In this document: positions 54,909-64,000 of the stretch, one piece after another | How the letters are laid out: each line of letters begins with the position of its first letter | Position numbering within the stretch: the first letter of the stretch is position 1 | Assembly (NCBI GenBank): GCA_963783375.1 | Contig: CAWANH010000028.1 | Location: forward strand, 288,001-352,000 | Length of the DNA stretch: 64,000 nt | Reading direction: 5' to 3' | Origin: Candidatus Eiseniibacteriota bacterium | Lineage (GTDB): Bacteria > Eisenbacteria > RBG-16-71-46 > JABDJR01 | The notes under the pieces: generated by a model | Told to the model about the DNA's origin: nothing | Seen by the model: only the letters and a program-made list of their open reading frames with translations | The model's database searches: none | Translations under genes and position numbers: made by a program

Positions 54909-56174
54909 ATGAGCCGACATCTGGACTGGAAGGAAGCGCGGGCGCGGGTGGTGGACGGGTTGAGCCCGCTCCCCCCGGTGGCGGTCCCCACCGCCAACTC
55001 CCGTGGGTTGGCCCTGGCCATCGCCGTCCTCGCTCCCGAGTCGATGCCCCCCTTCGACAACTCGGGGATGGACGGCTTCGCGGTGCGGGGGGAAGACGTC
55101 GCCGAGGCCTCGGAGTCCGTTCCACGGCGGTTGGAGGTGCTGGGGAGCCTGCCCGCCGGATCCGCGGAGCGATTCCGGGTGGGGCCCGGCCAGGCGGTTC
55201 GCATCATGACCGGCGCGCCCATCCCCGAGGGGGCCGACGCGGTGGTGCCGGTGGAGGCCACCAACTTCTGGGACGAGGCGGCGGAGCGGGGCCGCCTCCC
55301 CTCCGGCCCCGACGAGGCGAAGGCGGTGCGGGTGCGCGCCCCGATTCCTCCCGGCGGAAACGTGCGCCGCGCCGGGAAGAGCGTGCGGAGGGGAGAGACG
55401 TTTCTCGAGCCGGGACAGCGGCTGGGAGGGCCGGAGATGGCGCTCCTTCTCTCGGTAGGGGTGCGCGAGGTCCGGGTCCATCCCCGTCCGGTGGTGGGGG
55501 TGCTCTCCACCGGCGACGAGCTGGTATCCCCCGAGGCCGATCCCGGACCGGGGCAGATCCGCGACTCGAACCGGGTGGGCATTCTCGGCGCGCTCGCCGA
55601 TCACGGCTTCCCCACCGTGGATCTGGGGCTGGTCGGGGACGACGAGGAGGCGCTCACCCGGGCGATCCTCGAGGGCGCGGAGCGCGTGGACTTTCTCCTC
55701 ACCACCGGCGGGGTGAGCGTGGGCGACTACGACCTCACCCGGCGGGTCCTGGACCGCGTGGGCGACGTCGAGGCCTACCGGGTGGCGGTGAAGCCGGGAA
55801 AGCCCCAGCTCTTCGGCCGGGTGGGGCCGACCCCGGTGTTCGGCCTCCCCGGAAATCCGGTCTCCTCCCTGGTGGTGCTCGATCAGTTCGTGCTGCCGGG
55901 GCTCAGGAAGCTGGCCGGGAGGGCGGATCTCTACCGCCCGTTCTTCATCGCCCGCCTCGCCGAGACGGTGAAGCGGCGCCCGGGGCGGACCGAATTCCTG
56001 CGGGTCCGCCTGGAGGCCGAAAACGGGGAATGGATCGCGGGCAGCACGGGACCCCAGGGTTCAGGTATCCTCACCTCGATGACCCGGGCCAACGGCTACG
56101 CGCTGCTTCCCCCCGAGGCGGAGACGCTCCCCGCCGGGACCCAGGTCCTCTGTCAGCTCATGTCCCGGGACTAG
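54909..56174 (+). CDS. moeA: Molybdopterin molybdenumtransferase
   Basis: Motifs PPFDNSGMDGFA, IMTGAPIP, STGDEL, TTGGVSVGDYD, KPGKP and LPGNPVS. Confidence 0.96.
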   Translation: MSRHLDWKEARARVVDGLSPLPPVAVPTANSRGLALAIAVLAPESMPPFDNSGMDGFAVRGEDVAEASESVPRRLEVLGSLPAGSAERFRVGPGQAVRIMTGAPIPEGADAVVPVEATNFWDEAAERGRLPSGPDEAKAVRVRAPIPPGGNVRRAGKSVRRGETFLEPGQRLGGPEMALLLSVGVREVRVHPRPVVGVLSTGDELVSPEADPGPGQIRDSNRVGILGALADHGFPTVDLGLVGDDEEALTRAILEGAERVDFLLTTGGVSVGDYDLTRRVLDRVGDVEAYRVAVKPGKPQLFGRVGPTPVFGLPGNPVSSLVVLDQFVLPGLRKLAGRADLYRPFFIARLAETVKRRPGRTEFLRVRLEAENGEWIAGSTGPQGSGILTSMTRANGYALLPPEAETLPAGTQVLCQLMSRD

Positions 56175-56237
56175 CGGGATCTGGGGAACCCCCCCCTTCG
56201 ACCGGCTGACCGCGCCCTTTTCGTGGCAAAGGGAGAC

Positions 56238-58763
56238 ATGACGGTGAAGATCACACGACCGGCGACCCTGGCCTCGTCCCTGATTCTCCTGCTCCTGGGA
56301 GGTGCGGGGTCGCCTCCCAACACCCTGTCCCCCTACGTGCGGATGGCGGTACGGAACCTGGCCGAGATCCAGGCCGCGCGCCCCGGCGCCGCCACCGCCC
56401 TCTCCCCGCTCTTCCGCGCGGCGGTGGTGAACCCCCCGGCTCCCGGGGCGGTCGCTCCCGCGACCCCGGGGGCGCAAACGGAGTTCCGATTGCTGGTCAC
56501 CACCGACCGGGCCTCGGAGCTGCGCGGCGGCGGGATTCACCGTGGGCACGGTGGCCGGGGACGTGGCCACCGTCACCGCCCCCCTATCCCGGATCGACGA
56601 GCTGGGGAAGTTACCCGGGGTCCGCCGGGTGGAGCTGGGGCTCCCGCTGAAGCCGCTCCTGAATCTGAGCGCGGCGGAGATCCGCGCGGTCGAGGCCCAT
56701 GGGAGCGCCAAGCCTCCCTATCCGGTCGGGGGAGCCACCGGAAAGGGCGCGGTGATCGGGATCATCGACACCGGGATCGACCTCACCCACCCCGACTTCA
56801 AGAACGACGACGGAACCACCCGGGTGAAGGCGCTGTGGGACCAGAACGACTCCGGCGGTCCCCGGCCCGACGGATACAACTACGGGACGGAGTGGTCCGA
56901 GGCGGCGATCAACGCCGGTCCCACCCGGGAAAGGGACGACGTGGGCCACGGCACCCACGTGGCGGGCATCGCGGCGGGGAACGGTCGCGCCTCCAACAAC
57001 GTGGCCACCCGGTACACCTACGTGGGAATCGCCCCGGAGGCGGACATCCTGGTGGTCAACAGCCGCTTCGACACCCCCTCGGTGGTGGATGCCGCCAACT
57101 GGATCTTCAACCGCGCCGCCGCCATGGGGGAACCCGCGGTGGTCAACCTCTCCCTGGGAGCCCAGTACGGAGGTCATGACGGAACCTACGATCTGGACCG
57201 CGCCCTGGCCGCGCTCTCGGGTCCGGGGAGGATCGTGGTGGCCGCGGCCGGGAACGAGGGAGGAACCGGCATCCATGCCAAGGCCGTGATCCCGGCGGGC
57301 GGTACCGTCCAGGTCCCCTTCTCGATCGGGAACTACACGCCCGGTCCCGTCGCGAACGACGATCAGGTCTACACCGAGGCCTGGTTCCCCACCGCCAACC
57401 TGACCTTCAAGATGACCAGCCCGAGGAACCATTCGGTGGGGCCGGTGGGGCCCAACAGCGAAGCCGGACTGAACACCGAGGACGGACTCGTCTACGTCCA
57501 GAACGGGACCTCGTCCGAGGCGCCGACCCGCTACTGCTACCTGGACATCCGGGATCAGTCGGCGACGAGTCCCCCCGCGCCGGAATCTGGACGGTGGAGG
57601 TCAGGAACAACGGCGTATCGGCGGTCACGGTGGACTTCTGGATCCCCTACACCACGCTGGACTTCTCCGCCGGGCAGACCGCGGCCTGGACCACCTATGT
57701 CGAGAACACCACCCTGGTCGGCTCCCCGGCCAGCTCGGACTCGGTGATCGCGGTGGGCGCTTACGTCACCAAGACCCAGTGGGCGTCCGCGGACGGCCAC
57801 ACCTACGAGTACACTTCCGCGCCCGCTCTGGGGAGCGCTCCGTCCTGGAGCAGCCCCGGCCCGAGGCGGGACGGGGTATTGAAACCCGAGATCGCCGCCC
57901 CGGGCATGGGCATCGTCTCCGCCCGCTCCGCCACCGCAGTGGGGGAGTTCTCCGAACCGGTGCTCATCGCCACCGACGGGTTGCACGTGATCAGCCAGGG
58001 GACGAGCCAGGCCTCGCCCCATGTGGCCGGGGTCATCGCCCTGATCCTCCAGAAGCACCCGGCCGATGCCCGGCGCGAGATCCTGGGCCGGCTCGAGCAC
58101 TCCGCCCGCGCCGATGCCCTGACCGGGACCGTGCCCAACACGCTCTACGGTTACGGCAAGCTGGACGCCAAGAACGCCCTGGACGCTCCGGTGCCGGTGG
58201 AGCTGGCCGCCCTGGAGGCGACGTGGTCCGGCGGTTTTCCGGTCATCCGCTGGACCCTGGCCGAGGCGGATCCGAACGCCCGCTTCGTGGTGAAGCGGGG
58301 GTCGGGGGAACTCGGGCCCTTCAAGGCGGTGAGCGAGCCCGACCAGATCACCACCGAAGGTGAATCGACGTTCAGCTGGACCGATCCCGAGCCGGTTGCG
58401 GCCGAGTCATGGTATCTGGTGGAGGCCAGAGGGAGCGCCGGAACAGCCGATACCTACGGTCCGATACGGGTCACACCCCTGTCCGCGCGCACCGTTCTCT
58501 GGCAGAATGCCCCGAACCCCTTCGGGAGTTCCACCACGCTGGCGTTCGCCCTGGAGCGGGCCCAGACCGCCACGCTGGAAATTCTCGACCTGAACGGGAG
58601 GCGGGTGGCCGTGGCCGCTTCGGGCTTCCTCGCTCAGGGGCGCCACGAGATGACCTGGAACGGAAACGACTCCAACCACCGGCCGGTGGCCGCGGGCATC
58701 TACTTCTACCGGCTGATCACCGAGGATGCGACGTACACCCGCCGGATGGTGCTGATGCACTGA
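56238..58763 (+). CDS. Secreted S8 (subtilisin-family) serine protease with C-terminal FlgD/T9SS-like domain; two frameshifts (about 56526 and 57581)
   Basis: Signal peptide and prodomain (ORF 56223); IIDTGID, HGTHVAG and AAGNEG (ORF 56542); GTSQASPHVAG and QNAPNPF..YFYRL (ORF 57594). Confidence 0.8.
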
Positions 58764-58805
58764 ATAACGGCCCACCTGAGGTCGGGATAAGGACCACAAA
58801 CGGCT

Positions 58806-60341
58806 TTGAACGCCTCGACTCCGACCTGGGTCATCGCTTTTCTCGGGATGTACTTCGCGATCGCCCTGGTTCTGTTCCTCTACGGGATGCACGCCTATCT
58901 CATGGCCTGGCTCTACCGCCGCTCCATGCGGGACGCTCCGGCGCCCCCCGAGTGCGGGAGCCTTCCCACGGTCACGGTCCAGCTCCCCATCTATAACGAA
59001 CGCTACGTGGTGGAGCGTTTGCTCGACGCGGTGGCGGCGATGGATTATCCCCGGGAGAAACTCCAGGTCCAGGTCCTCGACGACTCCACCGACGACACGG
59101 TGGAGCGGGTCGAGGAGCTGGTCCGGATCTGGAAGGAGCAGGGCCTTGACGTCGTCCATCGGCACCGATCGGTGCGGACGGGGTACAAGGGCGGGGCGCT
59201 CCGCGAGGGCCTGGCCGAGGCCAAGGGTGAGCTGGTGGCGGTGTTCGACGCCGATTTCGTTCCCCCGCCGGATTTCCTGGCCGCGTGCGTCCCCTGGTTC
59301 GGCGATCCCGGCCTGGGCATGGTCCAGACCCGCTGGACCCACCTGAACGAAGCCTATTCGATTCTCACCCGGGCCCAGGCCGTCGCCCTGGACGGCCACT
59401 TCCTGATCGAACACACGGTGCGGAACCGGAACGGGGCCTTCATCAACTTCAACGGCACCGGGGGGGTGTGGCGGAAGCAGGCGATCCTCGACGCCGGCAA
59501 CTGGCAGGACGACACGCTGACCGAGGACCTCGATCTGTCCTACCGGGCCCAGCTCGCCGGATGGCGGTTCCTGTTCCTTCCCGAGGTGCTGTGTCCGGCC
59601 GAGCTTCCCGCCGAGGTGAACGGGCTCAAGGGACAGCAGTTCCGTTGGGCCAAGGGTTCGGTGCAGAGCGCGCGAAAGCTCCTGGGCAGGATCATGCGCG
59701 CGCCCCTCCCCCGCTTCACCCGCTTCCAGGCCTTCATCCATCTCACCAGCCACTTCGTCTATCCCCTGCTCCTCCTCCTGGGGCTCTCCGGGCTCCCCGC
59801 GCTCATGATTCTCGACCGGCACCCCGAGACCGGGTGGGCGTTCAAGTGGGCGACGGTGCTGGTGATCGCCTCCTTCGGCCATCCCTGGCTCTATTTCGTG
59901 GCCGAGCGCGCGCGGGGAAAATCCTGGGGAGAGAGCCTGGCCATGCTGCCGGTGGTGGTGGCCGGGAACATGGGGATCGCCATCAACAACACCCGAGCCC
60001 TGGTCGAGGCCCTGATCGGCCGGCCGAGCGCATTCAACCGCACCCCCAAGTACGCGCTCCGCACGCGTTCCGATCACTGGCGCGGCAAGCGCTACCGGGT
60101 GGCGGCGACCGCCTGGCCCTGGGTGGAACTCTCCCTGTCCGCCTACGCGACGGCCGTGGTGATCTACGCCCTGGCTCACGGGCATTACCTGGCGGTGCCG
60201 TTCCTCCTTCTATACGTGTTCGGCGCGGGCTACATCGGGGGGATATCCATCCTGAACGGCTGGCGGACCGGGTTGGAGGCGCGCCGCGCCCGCCGTTTCC
60301 ACCCCTTGACCGGGGCCGCGGCTCCGGGGAGTACACGATGA
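58806..60341 (+). CDS. GT2 processive glycosyltransferase (cellulose-synthase-like)
   Basis: Motifs QLPIYNE, DDSTD, FDADF, TEDLD and QQFRW; multiple TM helices. Confidence 0.92.
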   Translation: MNASTPTWVIAFLGMYFAIALVLFLYGMHAYLMAWLYRRSMRDAPAPPECGSLPTVTVQLPIYNERYVVERLLDAVAAMDYPREKLQVQVLDDSTDDTVERVEELVRIWKEQGLDVVHRHRSVRTGYKGGALREGLAEAKGELVAVFDADFVPPPDFLAACVPWFGDPGLGMVQTRWTHLNEAYSILTRAQAVALDGHFLIEHTVRNRNGAFINFNGTGGVWRKQAILDAGNWQDDTLTEDLDLSYRAQLAGWRFLFLPEVLCPAELPAEVNGLKGQQFRWAKGSVQSARKLLGRIMRAPLPRFTRFQAFIHLTSHFVYPLLLLLGLSGLPALMILDRHPETGWAFKWATVLVIASFGHPWLYFVAERARGKSWGESLAMLPVVVAGNMGIAINNTRALVEALIGRPSAFNRTPKYALRTRSDHWRGKRYRVAATAWPWVELSLSAYATAVVIYALAHGHYLAVPFLLLYVFGAGYIGGISILNGWRTGLEARRARRFHPLTGAAAPGSTR

Positions 60342-60829
60342 AACTCGATGGACAGGAACTTCACCTGATCGTGAATCACGTGCCGGTGATCGGCGCGCTC
60401 TGGGTCCTTCTCCTCGGGCTCGCCGCCTGGCTCAAGCCGACCCCGGTCCTCACCCGGACCGCGCTCCTCTTCACCGTGCTCCTGGGCATCTCCGTCGTAC
60501 CGGCGTTTCTCACCGGCGACGGGGCGGAGGAGGTCGTGGAGCACCTTCCCGGGGTCTCCGAACCGGCCATCGGCCGGCACGAGGAGATGGCGGACAAGGC
60601 CCTGTGGACCACGGTCGCCGCCGGGGTGATCGCCCTGATCACCCTGGGGCTCCGCAGGCGACAGCCACCGACGCGGCGCGCCATCCTTCCCACCCTCATC
60701 GTGCTCGCGGTGGCGGCGGGGATCCTCGCCTGGACCGCCCATCTCGGCGGGATGATCCATCGACCCGAGCTCCGCCAGGCCGCCGGCGCCGTCTCTCCCG
60801 AGGCCGGAGAGCCGGACGGAGGGAGCTAA
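60338..60829 (+). CDS. DUF2231-like His-containing membrane protein
   Basis: LHLIVNHVP, TGDGAEE, RHEEMA and AHLGGMIHRPE; ATG overlaps the GT2 stop. Confidence 0.75.
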   Translation: MKLDGQELHLIVNHVPVIGALWVLLLGLAAWLKPTPVLTRTALLFTVLLGISVVPAFLTGDGAEEVVEHLPGVSEPAIGRHEEMADKALWTTVAAGVIALITLGLRRRQPPTRRAILPTLIVLAVAAGILAWTAHLGGMIHRPELRQAAGAVSPEAGEPDGGS

Positions 60830-60831
60830 CG

Positions 60832-61224
60832 ATGCCCGATCCGGCCCATCCGATCATCGTCCTTCACGCCCGGAACGAGTTCGAAGCCCAGATGGCTCGG
60901 GACGTCCTGGAGTCGGCGATGATCCCCGTGCTTCACCTTCCGAGCCTGTCCACCGGGATCTTCGGCGTGCCGCAGACCACGCGGATCGCCGTTCCCGAGG
61001 ACTATGTGGACGATGCGATCGAGGCCCTGGGTGAGGCGGGCCTGAGCCCGAAGGTGGAGGACACGCCCCGGGGACTCGCCGCCTTCCGGGATACCGTCCA
61101 CGATCAGTTTCCACTGGGCCGGGGACCGGCCTCCCCGCGGGAGAGCGTGCTCAGCCGGGTGATCATCGCGGTGGCGGTGGCGGTGCTGGCGATCGCGGTC
61201 TACGCCGCCCTGCGCAGTCGGTAA
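60832..61224 (+). CDS. DUF2007-like putative signal-transducing protein with C-terminal TM helix
   Basis: NEFEAQMARDVLESAMIP...RIAVPEDYVDDAIEAL. Confidence 0.7.
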   Translation: MPDPAHPIIVLHARNEFEAQMARDVLESAMIPVLHLPSLSTGIFGVPQTTRIAVPEDYVDDAIEALGEAGLSPKVEDTPRGLAAFRDTVHDQFPLGRGPASPRESVLSRVIIAVAVAVLAIAVYAALRSR

Positions 61225-61362
61225 CCTTAGTAATTACAGCTAGTTAAGACCCAGTGGATTTTTCTTGCCGGATTTGTCTACAGCTGTAGTAGTATCCGGG
61301 TGCGGGCCGCTCGGCCCGTCCCCTCGTCCGAAAACACCTGCCGATCCGAGCAGGAGGACAAC

Positions 61363-63057
61363 ATGCGATCCACCATCCATATCAAGCTGGTCGTGGGAGC
61401 CGTCCTGGCCGTGGCCGGGCTCCTCGTCGCTTACCCCTATCTTCGCGGCGAGCTCTTCCCCCCGTCCGCCGAAGCCTCGGACCGGGACCCGGCATGGCTG
61501 GGGGTGAACCTCCAGAACCTGACCCCCAGCCTGCGCGACGCGATCCACGTCGATCGCCGGGTTCGGGGAGCGCTGGTGACCAGCGTGACCGCGGACAGCC
61601 CGGCTGACCGGGCCGGCCTCCGCAGCGAGGACGTGATCACCGAGCTCGACGGACACCGGGTGGAATCGGTGAACGACGTGGTCTCGGCGGTGCGCGCGCT
61701 GGGGCCCGGAGAGAAGGCTCTGGTGGTGGTGAACCGGAACGGCTCGAGTCGCGGCCTCTCCGTCGAACTCGCCGGCCGGGGCGAACGGTGGATGGAATCG
61801 GGGGAAGCACCGCGCGGCTCGGACCGCGAGGTTCGCCGCTACTTCTCCGGCGACGACGCCAAGGGCCGGGACTGGAAGAAGCCGCGGGTCTACTTCGAAC
61901 GCGCCCCGCGCGCGGATGAGCCTGACTCCGGGGACCGCGAGGACGAAGACGCGCCGGAAGCCCCGTCCCACCGCTGGCATGCGCGGGGGGACGACGAGTA
62001 CGGGGAGGCCCCCGAGATCGTCTGGCACGACAAGGACGGGGGGGACCACGTTCTACGGTTCCGCGCCAAGGACGGGGGACACCGGGTGATCGTTCTCGGT
62101 GACGACGATGACGACGCCGTGAGCGTCCCCAAGGCCGACCGGGACCGCCGGGTGATCATCCTGGGGGACGACGATGACGACGCGCCGGAGGCCCCGCGGG
62201 CCCCCCGGGCCCCGCGAGCCGAAGGCCCGCCCCGGCCCCGGGTCCACGTGTTCCGCGGCGAGGGCGAACGGAGCGAGCGGGGTTTCCTGGGGGTCAGCAC
62301 CCTGGCGCTGAGCGATCAGCTGGCCGACTACTTCAAGGCCCCCCGGGATCGCGGGGTCCTGGTGACCGGGGTGGAGCACGACTCTCCCGCCGACCGGGCG
62401 GGGATCGAGGCGGGCGACGTCATCCTGTCGGTGGAGGACGACCCGATATCCGACCCCGGTGAGCTTCGCCGGGCGATCCGCGATCGCCGCCCCGAGGCCA
62501 CGGTGGAGATCGGGATCATCCGCCGGGGCGAGCGGCGCACGCTGCGGGCGACCCTCGACGAGGCCCCGGATTTCGGCTCCCTCGACCGGGAGGGGACCGG
62601 ACCCGGACGGTTCCGGGTGGAGATCCCCCGCATCCACCTCGAAGGACTCCGGAACCTGGGGATCCCGGAGCTGGAGAACTTCGAGCTGCCGGACATCGAC
62701 ATCCCCGACATCGAGATCGATGGGAGCGACTTCAATCAAGAGGACCTGGACGAGCTGCGCGACCAGCTGCGGGAGCAGGGCCACCAGCTCCGGGACCAGC
62801 TCCGGAAGATGGGGCGGGACATCGGCCGGGAGATGCGCGAGGACCACTCCACGCTTCAGGAACGGCGGGAAGCCCACCGGGCGGCCATGCGCGAGGCCAT
62901 GCGGGCGGCCGAAGGGGCGCTGCAGGACGCCGGGGAGACCCGCCACCGGGCGCTGGAACTCTCCCGTGAGGCCATGGAGCGCGCCCGCGAGGCCGCCCGC
63001 GAGGCCAAGGATGCCGATCGTCGAGCCCGGAGCCGCGGTTCCGCCGGGACCATCTGA
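61363..63057 (+). CDS. Membrane-anchored tandem-PDZ protein with C-terminal coiled coil (no protease domain)
   Basis: TM anchor; WLGVNLQ..SPADRAGL..DVI; GFLGVS..SPADRAGIEAGDVI; SD AGGAGG. Confidence 0.85.
   Translation: MRSTIHIKLVVGAVLAVAGLLVAYPYLRGELFPPSAEASDRDPAWLGVNLQNLTPSLRDAIHVDRRVRGALVTSVTADSPADRAGLRSEDVITELDGHRVESVNDVVSAVRALGPGEKALVVVNRNGSSRGLSVELAGRGERWMESGEAPRGSDREVRRYFSGDDAKGRDWKKPRVYFERAPRADEPDSGDREDEDAPEAPSHRWHARGDDEYGEAPEIVWHDKDGGDHVLRFRAKDGGHRVIVLGDDDDDAVSVPKADRDRRVIILGDDDDDAPEAPRAPRAPRAEGPPRPRVHVFRGEGERSERGFLGVSTLALSDQLADYFKAPRDRGVLVTGVEHDSPADRAGIEAGDVILSVEDDPISDPGELRRAIRDRRPEATVEIGIIRRGERRTLRATLDEAPDFGSLDREGTGPGRFRVEIPRIHLEGLRNLGIPELENFELPDIDIPDIEIDGSDFNQEDLDELRDQLREQGHQLRDQLRKMGRDIGREMREDHSTLQERREAHRAAMREAMRAAEGALQDAGETRHRALELSREAMERAREAAREAKDADRRARSRGSAGTI
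62081..62183 (+). repeat. Intragenic direct repeat encoding RVI[VI]LGDDDDDA twice
   Basis: CCGGGTGATCGTTCTCGGTGACGACGATGACGACGC (62082-62117) and CCGGGTGATCATCCTGGGGGACGACGATGACGACGC (62148-62183). Confidence 0.7.
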
Positions 63058-63111
63058 GCCGTCGATCCTCCGGAATTCACGGAACGGTCTCCGGAGACGA
63101 TGACGTTGGAG

Positions 63112-63141
63112 GAACGGAGAGACCACGTGGTCTCTCCGTTC
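63112..63141. terminator. Perfect 30-bp palindrome between convergent genes (probable bidirectional terminator)
   Basis: GAACGGAGAGACCACGTGGTCTCTCCGTTC equals its own reverse complement. Confidence 0.6.
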
Positions 63142-63157
63142 TCCGTTCCGGACGGTT

Positions 63158-63745
63158 CTACTCGTACCGCGACTTCAGGAGCCCCCAGCTGGTCGATTCC
63201 ACCGGGGTCTGGGGACAGACGCCGGGATCGGAGCTCACCCGGGTGCCGGTGGTGGCGACGTTGACGCACTGATCGGGGATCCCGTCGCAAGCCCCGGTGA
63301 AGACGAAGCTGTAGTTCCCGCTGGCGGTGTAGCTGCCGCTCCCGATCGTGCCGGAGTACTCCTGGTGATAGGTGACGGAGCAGGAGTCGCTCTCCGGGTA
63401 GGTGCCGTCGCACACCAGGCTGAAGCTGTCGGAAGTGAACTGGGTGGTGCAACTAACCGGGAAGTCCGCGGTCGAATCGGGCTCGATGCTGGTATCCGCG
63501 CACAGGGTGTCGTTCACGGTTTCATCGAAGATGAGCAGGTTGGTCGTGCAATCGCGCAAGGTGGTGTGAATGGTCCAGATGCCGATCCAGTTGGACGGCA
63601 CGGCGTCGTTGGCGCTCAGGATGTCGAGGACCGGGATCCGCGGCGCCTCGATCTTCCCCGCGGCCAGGGCGGGCCTCGGGAGGATGGACGATCCCAGGGT
63701 CAGGGTGATGATCAGTGCGGCAGGTAGGAAGTAGCGAGTTCTCAC
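63158..63745 (-). CDS. Secreted Cys-rich hypothetical protein with C-terminal SWGxxKxxY tail
   Basis: Signal peptide (FLPAALIITLTLG..ALA); 8 Cys; ends TPVESTSWGLLKSRYE. Start position is uncertain. Confidence 0.7.
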   Translation of the reverse strand: MRTRYFLPAALIITLTLGSSILPRPALAAGKIEAPRIPVLDILSANDAVPSNWIGIWTIHTTLRDCTTNLLIFDETVNDTLCADTSIEPDSTADFPVSCTTQFTSDSFSLVCDGTYPESDSCSVTYHQEYSGTIGSGSYTASGNYSFVFTGACDGIPDQCVNVATTGTRVSSDPGVCPQTPVESTSWGLLKSRYE

Positions 63746-64000
63746 GTTGGCGTTTACGGCGCGGGGCCGTCTCCTTTCAGGAAGTTGGAGATTCTTGTCC
63801 GGGTGAGGCCCGGGCATCGACCGTCTCCCCGATTGGGCCGGGAACGGACGCACCCTCCCCACCCGCAAACACGACATCGACCGTAGCATTTCGGCCGGCT
63901 CAAATCGATAACGAATTCACGGGAGACATTACCCTGGTGCGGCGGACGCCGGGAGCCGCCGGCGGATCAGCGGGGGGCGGAGGGCGCCGGGTCTCCGTGG

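Noticed and set aside
1-64000. CRISPR arrays, tRNA/rRNA genes, transposases, integrases, prophage genes
   Set aside because: None were recognised. Intergenic spaces are short and show no regularly spaced repeats or RNA-gene signatures on manual reading.

Overview
High-GC, gene-dense bacterial chromosome segment with about 58 CDS. I found no rRNA, tRNA, CRISPR array or mobile element. The gene content (Omp85 barrel, lipoproteins, a FlgD/T9SS-like C-terminal domain, C-terminal SW[GS]xxKxxY tails) suggests a diderm of the FCB group such as Ca. Eisenbacteria, Krumholzibacteriota or Latescibacterota; this is inference only. The main highlight is an 11.3-kb, tightly coupled 8-gene minus-strand operon (26196->14884). 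It encodes a cytoplasmic GltD/NfnB/DsrL-like FAD/Fe-S NAD(P)H oxidoreductase, a Rieske protein, a fused cytochrome b, a hexaheme cytochrome c, and a Tat-exported Mo-bisPGD type II enzyme resembling archaeal periplasmic nitrate reductase with its beta, gamma (heme b) and chaperone genes. Together these form a candidate NAD(P)H-linked Rieske/cytb-pNar supercomplex. Second, a complex I operon nuoA-C-E-F-H-J-K-L-M-N cleanly lacks nuoB, D, G and I, and sits behind a consensus sigma70 promoter with a Rex-type operator. Third, two unrelated secreted proteins share a C-terminal P-x-E-x-T-S-W-[GS]-L-L-K-x-x-Y tail, a candidate sorting signal. Also present: iodotyrosine deiodinase, a MacAB-type ABC system, a REC-TrxR/cNMP-kinase module, arcA, KtrAB, DsbD/TlpA, Moco genes, an S8 protease and a GT2. 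Three single-base frameshifts (one in the REC-TrxR gene, two in the S8 protease) are most likely sequencing errors.
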